A DNA stretch of 64,000 bases from Cenococcum geophilum (Eukaryota), in the NCBI GenBank assembly GCA_050273025.1, contig CP158636.1:7502001-7566000 (forward strand). The letters are read 5' to 3'. This document shows, piece by piece, positions 55,155-64,000 of this stretch. Within the stretch, counting starts at the first letter, position 1. Every line of letters starts with the position of its first letter. The notes below the pieces were generated by a model, which had not been told where the DNA came from, ran no database searches, and saw only the letters and a list, made by a program, of their open reading frames with translations. Position numbers and translations under genes: made by a program.

Positions 55155-56487
55155 GTTGGGGGTGTGAGTGGGATGAAGAACATACCTCAAAATACCAAGG
55201 TCGTGCTTCTGACTCATTGCTTAGAGGAAGGCTTTGTGAGTGTGATCACGTGAATACTCAACCCTCAGAGGACTTTTGGGAATGCTTTTCGCATACAGGC
55301 TCTTTAAGTCTTGTAAGCAGTTGAATATTCTTGTGTAGGACTCGACAATCTCCCTTTGCTGACGATAGTAACCGGCAATGGACGGAACGTTTTCGAGACG
55401 GCTGGTGTCTGAAGACGTGGTCCAAACGCCAAAGCAAACCTGCTGCACAATCCCACGATGGGGTTGATAGTGGTAATACCGATATATCCTGAGCATTTTC
55501 TGTGGTCTTGAAACCCCAATATTCCGCTCAGATCAGTCTCGCATATCGAAAAGTGGACCTCCGGAACCCGTCTGCACGTGCACTTCAGCCAGCCTTGCCA
55601 AGAATCCAAGTGGAGGCCAAGACAGTCCGCTGTTGCTTGAATATCTGGGGATAAAACACCTTAACTTGACCCTGATGATACTCCACTCAATTTCATTTAT
55701 ATATTCATTTCCACCCATTCAAAATGCACCACGAATCTGCACTGCGCTACCTTCTTTCAGTGTTTCTGACGCATGCAGTTCAGCCAGGTGTCGGCGGCTT
55801 GACAAATTAATATTTGTTGGCCCAGCTGCTCGCCGGATAACTAGACGCAGGCACCCTCTAGTTACCGTGCCATAACACATGCCTTGAAAACGCCCTGGCT
55901 TCGGGAACTCTCGCCAAAACCCTCGATCGGAGCCCGAGACCCGCGTCGAGAGCGTTTGACCATGTTACCGTGTCACACCCCGAAGGCTCAGCGCACGAAG
56001 GGCAGTAGCTCTCCGTACATTATCATATGCCGACTCGCAGTCGTCCAGGATGATTTGAGTATTCAATGCAGGATCAGCTCGATGCCCTCAAGCCTCAACA
56101 TGCTTGATCGAACTAGGTTTAAGATAACACCATTGAAACTAAGTCTAGATGGTACAATTATCTTTACTAACACTACTGATCACAACCGTTCTCCGCCTAT
56201 CTCTTGGTGACACACTATCATCACGCCGGCGCAAGATATGGTCCTAGTTCTTGGGAAATTTAAACATTTGGACCTCGGCTAAACCGGTTGCCTGCAGGGG
56301 ACCTCCACGCCCGTAGTGTTGTCCAAATGGCTTGTGGGCTAACAAACAGCCTTTTGCTTGGTGGCAGAGTGGACCCTGAGTCATGAACACAACCTGAGAA
56401 TATGGTAGCACACATGTCTCATGAGGTAGGAGTATACAGTCGTGGGAAGCCTAATTTGCGGGAATAAAGTCACTTCGAAAAACTGGG

Positions 56488-57042
56488 GCTTTATCGTTTA
56501 GTAGGAGGAGAAAGCGACACGACGCTTGTAGCAAGCTCCAATAATACTGCAAAGATAGGGTATCACTCTTTTGACTGCTCTGGGAGGTGACGGAGTTCTT
56601 TGTCTGAACGTACCAAACAGCGATGTATGCAGGACGGCCGTTGGGCCTTTACCAGCTTTCATGGCTATCACCTCCCTACCATTTATCCGTCGAGCATGTT
56701 AATCTGGGGATCGGGCCCAACACGCGGTATCGGGCGCTAACCCACAAGGGACTTTGGAAGTGCGCGTTTCAGTCAAGCCGAGATAGAAACAAACGCAAGG
56801 ACCATTATTCCTCCGCATCTCGACGCACTACCCGATAAAGGGCTTTTCAATCCAAATTGTCAATAGAGCTCAAAGAACAATACGAGAAGCTCCAGCTATC
56901 ACTACTTATCCCCACACCACCACGCTCGTCATCCGCATCTTCCTCAAATCGTTTGTTCTCGGGTCGTCGCCATCGGCGGGATGAATGGCCCTAGAGCGCA
57001 CTGCCGCAGGACGTGCAGATAAGCCTCAGCCACAGATAACGG
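56488..57042 (+). promoter_or_regulatory. Cluster of GATA motifs upstream of the ammonium transporter (putative AreA/Nit2 sites)
   Basis: About ten GATA/TATC cores, e.g. TTATC 56492, GATAG 56554, GATAA 56834, CTTATC 56905, GATAAG 57018, GATAAC 57035. The function is inferred from known nitrogen-catabolite regulation. Confidence 0.5.
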
Positions 57043-57378
57043 ACTGCACGTTTATAGGTTTGGCGTTCCTAGGGGCTTGTCAGGCCAACAACCACCAAGG
57101 TTACCTCGTATGCTTTCAACTCTTCATACACTCCGCTCGAACCACTGCTGAGGAACCGATCAACAACCGAGCACCCACCCCGAGCCGCCTTGAGCACTCG
57201 TTTAGGGGTTTCCAGGCGAAAACATGGGGGTCATCACAAAATTACCTATCCGAAAGGACAAGGAACCTCGATAATATTTAAGCAGGTCCTCCAAGAATAA
57301 GGGTGAGCTTTGAAATTACCGCCGTCATTCCTTCTTCTCGATTGCTCCTCCGTCAGAGCTTCGAGATATCCTTTCATC

Positions 57379-58794
57379 ATGGCAACTCCTAACCCAACGA
57401 ATCCGGACTGGCTGAATAAAGGCGACAATGCCTGGCAGCTCACGGCCGCCAGCTTGGTCGCGCTGCAAAGCGTGCCAGGTTTGATGGTGCTCTACGCCGG
57501 TATTATGCAGACGAAATGGGCCGTCAATTCTGCCTTCATGGCATTGTATGCTTTCGCCGCCGTTCTGATATGCTGGGTCATTTATGCCTACAAAGCCGCT
57601 TTTGGAGAGTATATGCTTCCATTCGTTGGTCGGCCAGGTCCTGTCCTAGTTATGGATATGGAGCTCCGCCAAGCTGTCATTCCCGCAGCCAATATCACCG
57701 CAAACTTTCCACTGTCGACAATGGTGTACTTCCAATTTGTCTTTGCCGCAATTACTCTCGTTATCACGGCTGGCGCTTTCTTGGGCCGAATGAACTTCAC
57801 TGCCTGGATGGTCTTTGTGCCTCTCTGGCTAACGCTTTCATATACCGTTGGCGCATTCAGCCTTTGGGGTGGCGGTTTCCTCTTCCAGCGGGGTGTTATT
57901 GACTACTCTGGCGGGTACGTCATCCATCTTTCTTCTGGAACGGCTGGATTTGTCGGCGCATATTGGATAGGGCCTCGCCTGAGGTCAGATCGCGAGAACT
58001 CCGTCCCTCACAGCACCACCCTATGCCTTGTTGGTGCGGGTATTCTTTGGATTGGCTGGAACGGCTTCAACGGAGGTGATCCATATGCTGCCAGCCCTGA
58101 CGCTGGCGCAGCCGTTATCAACACCAACATTGCGACTGCTATGAGTCTTCTCGTCTGGACTGTCATGGACATCATCTTCTTCAAGAAGCCCTCTGTCATT
58201 GGCGCAGTCCAAGGTATGATTACAGGTCTGGTCGCCATTACACCGGCAGCTGGTGTGGTAGCAGGATGGGGTGCAATTATCATTGGCGCTTGCTCAGGCA
58301 GTATTCCATGGATCTCGATGAATATTGCAGGGAAGAAATTCAAGATTTTCGAAATCGTAGACGACACACTTGGCGTTGTTCACACTCACATGGTTGCCGG
58401 TGCGCTCGGTGGCTTCCTAGTCGGTCTGTTCGCAACAGCTGAGGGCTGCGCTGCATTTGCCATCAGCTCGCCTGGCGGTGCCATTGAGGGCAACGGCAAA
58501 CAGGTCTGGCTGCAGATTGTCGGCGCGCTCTTTATCATCGGCTGGAACATCTTCTGGACGTCAGCAATCATGCTCTTCATCAAATACGTCCTACGTATCC
58601 CGCTCCGCATGAGTGAAGAAAACCTTGTCATCGGCGACGACGCGATCCACGGCGAATCCGCATACACATTCGGCGAGGGGTTCGGCCTCGCCAGCAGCAA
58701 CACAACCACACTACACGGACACGACCCAGTACGCAGGACAACAGACATAGAAGCGACTGGGGACGGTTCATCGAAGGCGGATAAGCAGTCTTAG
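57379..58794 (+). CDS. Ammonium transporter (Amt/Mep family), intronless, plant AMT2-like type
   Basis: 471 aa from the first ATG; WLNKGDNAWQLTAASLVALQS, YFQFVFAAIT, DYSGGYVIH, LWIGWNGFNGG, GLVAITP, DDTLGVVHTH; both conserved pore His are present. Confidence 0.97.
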   Translation: MATPNPTNPDWLNKGDNAWQLTAASLVALQSVPGLMVLYAGIMQTKWAVNSAFMALYAFAAVLICWVIYAYKAAFGEYMLPFVGRPGPVLVMDMELRQAVIPAANITANFPLSTMVYFQFVFAAITLVITAGAFLGRMNFTAWMVFVPLWLTLSYTVGAFSLWGGGFLFQRGVIDYSGGYVIHLSSGTAGFVGAYWIGPRLRSDRENSVPHSTTLCLVGAGILWIGWNGFNGGDPYAASPDAGAAVINTNIATAMSLLVWTVMDIIFFKKPSVIGAVQGMITGLVAITPAAGVVAGWGAIIIGACSGSIPWISMNIAGKKFKIFEIVDDTLGVVHTHMVAGALGGFLVGLFATAEGCAAFAISSPGGAIEGNGKQVWLQIVGALFIIGWNIFWTSAIMLFIKYVLRIPLRMSEENLVIGDDAIHGESAYTFGEGFGLASSNTTTLHGHDPVRRTTDIEATGDGSSKADKQS

Positions 58795-59699
58795 GACGGA
58801 TAATGATGCCGTGGTCTCTCGTTGGGTTTTTGCATGATCGGGGCAGATAACGGGATACCGCGCCTGGAAGGTCTTTATTAGATATATTTCCACCAAATTG
58901 TAGAGAATAGTAATCACCCTCTTAATACCTGCAACATCTTTGCACTCGACGACCCTCCTCGCACTCGTGAAAATGACGCCCGAACAACTAACCCACGACC
59001 GGAGCCACGGCCAGGCAATTCCCCGCACTTCCCTTGGCAAAAATGTCACTCCACCATCCGCATTCGAAACAGCCACAGAAATAGAATAGGTTAGGTAGCG
59101 CGATGCTTTAACGGGGAACGCTACAGGACGGGCCCCTAAGAAGGTCGGCGTCCCGGTCCCAGGACTATTTTAGCCTCAGAATTAGAGTGTCAGGACGCGA
59201 GAAGGGTCAATTGTAAAGAGAGTGCATATTGGCTTGAGTAGCTAGACTTCTACGAAAGTGAGGCCTAGAGTCGATCACTAAGAACTACTGACTAAACTAT
59301 GGCAGCTTCCTCGACACTGCATGGCTGCTAGCTCTGCACTAAAGGCTTGTGCCATCGTGTCCGTCTTCTTTGTTAGGCTGTTAGAGTGTGTTGTGAGATC
59401 CTGTGTCAACTTATTCTCTATGTTCGGGATAACAGTCACCATCACGCCGTTTGCGCCATTTACCCTCGTGCTAAAAGTAGGTTCCTTCAGCGTGAGTTTG
59501 TCACGAGCGGCGACAGGGGCGGCGCAATCCTAGGTATACAGTTCTCGTGGGGACGACGAGGTAGTTTACGTTCGAGTAATCAGTTGAGAGCGACAGGTGC
59601 AGGCTTGATAGAGGTAGAGTCAGCGAAGGTCGGAAGATACCTGACATTTAATCCAACATACCTGATCTGATCGTTGATGTCATCCTCGAACCTTTTGAC

Positions 59700-60240
59700 A
59701 TCCTATCCTACCGCCTGCCATTGAGCTTGCCAGTTATTTCGAAAGGATTCCAGGCTGCTCCCTCACCCATCATTCGTGTTGTTGTCTCACTGTGTAGAAA
59801 CTGCTGTGCTTCCAGGGATCGCTTGTTCAGCCTTTTGCAGGTTCGATCAAAGCGTAATCCATAACTCTTCCTTCAGCTTAAGCGCCTTAAAGCTTCGCTT
59901 CAGAGGGCCTCGAAGAAACCGCTGTATGGCCGCAGTAACGCGTTGATCACATTCGGCGCTATGATCGGTGGGTATTGTCTCAATTGCACTCGTGGAACAG
60001 CTGTTCTCGTTCGGAGGAGGCCTAGCAACTTGACATCGCGGTGAGCTTTCTGGGATTGGAATCGGAATCGGAATGTGGCTCGCAGTCCTAAGAAGTGACC
60101 TCGGAGAGATGGAATTCCTGTGTTGTCCACTTGAATTGCTGGAGCCTTGGATGCAATGAATCCTTTCAGGTAGGCCTGGTAGTTGATATTACTGGTCGAG
60201 AATGCTGGTAGGTTGTTTAGACATAACGAATTACATTTCT
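59700..60240 (-). pseudogene. Possible fragment of a dynamin-like/SLIP-GC-type GTPase gene
   Basis: LPAFSTSNINYQAYLKG...TGIPSLR resembles the LPVFcvS..Y...tGIP.LR segment of these fungal GTPases. No P-loop was found upstream and the frame breaks downstream. Confidence 0.35.
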
Positions 60241-61957
60241 GCGGGCTAGTGTAGGCATTTTGGCTTGAGTCAAACATGTACGAATGTGCGTAGTACTGCA
60301 ACTTGTAATTTTGCATTTTGTGACATGATTTCTGACTTGAATCTTGTTAAAGACACTGGGCTCAGGGCGATTAATCGATAAGATAGGTAAGGGTACAGAT
60401 ATAGTTAGGAATGAACTGCTAGCATTCGCAGATATAGAGGCAGATTTAGGCTCACCGCCTTGTAGATCCGTGCGATCCTACTGGTGGCAAAAAACTCGGC
60501 TTGTGCAACCAAGTTGATTCGTAACAAGCGACGCCTTGTATGTTGGAGTTCGCGCTCCGGGTTAAGAGATCTTGTGGTTCTCCGGAAGACTTAACCGGGC
60601 GGTGGCGTGGTTCATGTGTCTTCTGCTGTGTCAATGAGATGTCACATACCGATGAGCGGTAAGCGTACTTCACCCGCCTTCTACTGGTTCCATGAGAGGC
60701 CAAGGCAACAAGTGTTGCTCGAGAATGCCCCTTCTACTGGGTTGGTGAAAGGTCACGTATCAGAGGGCGGCGAGCGTTGCTTAAGAATGCCCGTCGGTGC
60801 CATCAGAGACAAAGATGAGGGCGAGATTGATTTTAGAGGGCAAAATGACGGGGAAATGAAATGCATTGACATCATCGTATAACAAGCAGTAGAGTAAGAA
60901 TTGAAATGGCCTATTTGGGGATATCATGGACATTTGTGGTTATAGTGACTACGTTATCGATAAGACTTCAACCAATGAGGAGCCCTAGATTGAACGAACT
61001 TTTGGTGTTGCATGCACGGACCACAGTCTTATCGATAAGGTAAGACGCCAGCGGGTTAGGATAAAAGGGGTGCTGTCTTTACAACGAACCTCTATACTAC
61101 GATTGTAGAAATGTGATCGCAGAAAAATTATATGAATGCGCCTTATGCCCACACATTCATTAAACATAGGCTGCGAGCCTTATCAAGACCAATCGCTGCT
61201 AGGTGTATGAGCCTCTGTGAATGCCTGCCGTGTAAAAGAAATGCAAGTATAAACGGTACGAACAAGTGAAAGTAAGAAATTGTTGATTCTCTGAGGGATG
61301 TTTAGACCGAGCGACAGCGACAATGATGGCGACGTCGAAGAGTATGCTAACGAAGGACCTTAACCGCCGGCCGACAAAATAGCTCTCTCTTGTTCATTGT
61401 ACTTAATAGAGCCTCTGTTTACTTTAAGAATGTATCATCATCTCGTATAAACTTTGCGCCACGGCCTGAAGGCCTCATGATTGGAAAGGGTAGGAAATTA
61501 GTCCGTATGCAGCAGCCACTGGGCGAAGCAGGGCCAGTCGTCGGGAGGCCAGTGGTGTGATTTGGCGACTCAGCCACTCCACCAGTTCGCGAGCGTCGCA
61601 CAAGCCACTCATAGCTTTCCCATAGGGCTGCCTCGCTCTACACCATCCTAGAAAGGCGGCGTTTCAGCCGCTTCACGTAATACCATGCTTTCAGCTAGGC
61701 ATTCGGCGAGACGAGCCGCAGGCATTTTGGACCCAGGAACAAGGGCCACGGATGACGAATTCTCTTCGTGCACAGCCCGGCACATGCGATTGCTTCGAGA
61801 CAGGCGCATAGGGGGATGAGGAATTAAAAAGATGGTGGGGTAGCTGGTATATAGAGCCGGTGCTGCCTGGCTGACGGGTGCTGCACGACATCGATCTCAA
61901 ATTATTGTCTTTGATATAGTACCTTGATACCAGGAGAACAGCATACGTAGCGTGCCG

Positions 61958-63007
61958 ATGCCTACGTTCGCCCAGCCCTACCCTGCAGAGCCTCAGACGC
62001 AGCCTCGCGCGCCTCCACCACCCAAGAAGCCTGCGAAGCGGTCCACGAACGAGTACCCGGTCCCTCAGCCTGTCTCCATCCTCTTCGTCGACAAGGGCAA
62101 CCAGAGTGCGCCGCCTTCTCCTTTCCCCCTCCCCTTCCCTCTTCATTCCCTCCCCGCATCTCTCCCCCCTCCTCTCCCCTACTAACACCCCCCAGATCGC
62201 TCAATTATCGCCCATGCCGCCGCTGAGCTCCTCCGCCTCCAAACCCTCAACTCGGGCACCAAAAACCCCTTCACACGCCTCGACTCCGCCGGCCTCTACG
62301 TCTCCAGTACCCTTATAACCCGCCCCTTCCTCGTCCACGCCGGCGCCGTCCACCTCCCCCGCTCCGTGCCCGTCACCGCCTCCGCCCTACCCGAGCCCCT
62401 AGCCCTGCGCGCGCTCTTCCACGCCGGCCGCACCAGTCTCGAGGAGCGCGACGTGCGGAACCGGCTGCAGCGGCACGAGGCCCGCGGGCTCGAGGCCGAG
62501 GATTTCAGCCGCTACGACTTCATCATTGCGTTCGATGCCGAGGATGTGGCCGTACTAGCGCGGCTGAGCGAACAGGTTGGCGGGGCGGGCCAGCGCGCGC
62601 GGATCGTGCTGCTGGGGCGGGAGGCGCCGGTCGCGAGTCCGCGGAACGTGATACGGGATGCGAGAAACGCGGGGCAGGACGTTAACGACGCCACCGTGTA
62701 TGGCGAGACGGTTGCGCGAGTTTGGGCGGCGCTGGAGCGGTTTCTGCAGGCCGAGTGTGGGTGGCGGAGGCCTGAGCGACCGATTGATGGGGCTAGGATG
62801 CCGTTGAGGAGTCGGCAGTTTATGGGGTCGCAGGTTCGGGCAAGTGGGATTTGGCTGAAGCATTTGAGGGAGGCGGGAGAGTGGCTGATTGCGGTTGATG
62901 AACCAGCAACAGAGGGTGCGGAGAGGGTTGTTACGGTTACGGCGGCTAGGGAGCTGTTGAAGGAGGCGTTTGATTTGGCGTTTGGGGCGTTGAGGCCGGT
63001 TTTTTAG
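61958..63007 (+). CDS. LMW protein-tyrosine-phosphatase-fold protein lacking the catalytic Cys; exons 61958-62105 and 62196-63007
   Basis: A 90-nt intron (GTGCGC...CTAAC...CAG) joins VSILFVDKGNQ-NRSIIAH...RLDSAG in frame to ORF 62366-63007, which has HEARGLEAEDFSRYDFIIAFD (LMW-PTP signature). Confidence 0.8.
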
Positions 63008-64000
63008 GTTGGTTTTGCGGTTCCGGTGTACTATTAGGGTCGGTTGGTGTTGGGGAGCGACGAAAGTCCTGGTGGAATATCCCTTAATTTTTGTGTATTA
63101 TAGTTTCCTTTCCACTACTATCTCGAACTCTCATTAGCGTTAAAATAGAATGGGTCCTACCCTGGGTGGAATTAAATCTCTCTAATAATCCGACTGAATT
63201 GAAAGTGGTTTAAAAATGTTAGTTACCCTTCCAACAAAGTGCAATAGGTAAATGCGTATATTAGGAAGAAGCTGTTTTACATTAATGCATGTGCTAATTG
63301 TATAAAAGGCTTTTAGTATAAAATTAAAATGCAACATCCTAAATAAGATAGAATTAAAATTCTATGCCGTTATGTCATGCAACTTGTAAATATAATCCAG
63401 TGCTGGTTATCGAATCTTCGTGGGCGACTTCAGGCTCTGATCAGAACAGCGATTTTAGTTGTTTGCGTGGTACAGAGAGGTGCTGAACATTTGGTCTTTT
63501 CTCCTGGAGCTAGTTAAAGCTATTTAGGCTTCAAAACTACTTACGCAAGAAATAGTACTCCCGGGGGTCATCTTAGTCTTGCCCATATCAAAACTGTATT
63601 CGGGTAAGCCTGCTGAACGTCTTTAGGGTAGTGCAAATGCGTCCTTGAATACCATAGTTCTGGTTCTGGAGCAGGAGTTATGAAACACCCTCTTTGATGA
63701 TCTATTTCCAATGCCTATGATTGCGGCTCTTTGGGTCCTAGGTTTGAAATGTTCCAGTACTACCTTGCTCAAATTGGCTATATGTTGCAATGGACGTTCG
63801 TGCTCAGAGGGAATCGTACTTCGAATCATTGCACCCGTTGAGTGGCTCCACTTCTGAAACATAGTTATCAATATCTAACTCTGTCCATTAAATGATCTTA
63901 GTCTTAGAACTCAGTCATGTTCCCTCGTGCTCCTGGCTTCTAAAGTCAATTAGATGCGCAGACGCTGCTCAAAGGAGTTTCGCTGGGCTAGTGAAATTGA

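Noticed and set aside
55200..56300. Short ORFs on both strands
   Set aside because: Mostly non-ATG starts with no motifs; this is the divergent intergenic region between the Nudix and Amt genes.
57310..57378. TTG-initiated extension of the ammonium transporter
   Set aside because: Family similarity begins just after the ATG at 57379.
63450..64000. Minus-strand ORF 63623-63871
   Set aside because: May be the end of a gene extending beyond the window, but no family could be recognised.

Overview
Fungal (filamentous ascomycete) DNA with two compartments. Positions 1-50,330 are mostly AT-rich transposon DNA carrying the RIP signature (CpA->TpA; many TAA/TAG stops where CAA/CAG/TGG are expected), which is why the ORF track is nearly empty there. 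From left to right it holds: (i) the captain end of a RIP-inactivated Starship-type element (1-~12,380, minus strand) with degraded cargo genes; its DUF3435 tyrosine-recombinase gene appears to run in frame into a C-terminal chromodomain; (ii) a Ty1/copia element (~12,382-22,402) whose RT is split by a Tad-like LINE with a 13-bp TSD; (iii) a complete hAT element (8-bp TSD) carrying a second, DUF3716-like gene; (iv) a PIF/Harbinger-type MITE and a tRNA-Gly pseudogene in a non-RIP island; (v) a Helitron2/Helentron-like Rep-PIF1 element (~29,900-50,328) whose helicase is split by two nested copia elements. Positions 50,330-64,000 are ordinary gene-rich DNA: a GH47 alpha-1,2-mannosidase, a NUDT15-like Nudix hydrolase, an intronless plant-AMT2-like ammonium transporter, a GTPase-like gene fragment and an LMW-PTP-fold protein lacking the catalytic Cys. 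Protein calls in RIP regions come from manual translation with mental reversion of RIP stops; no database searches were run.
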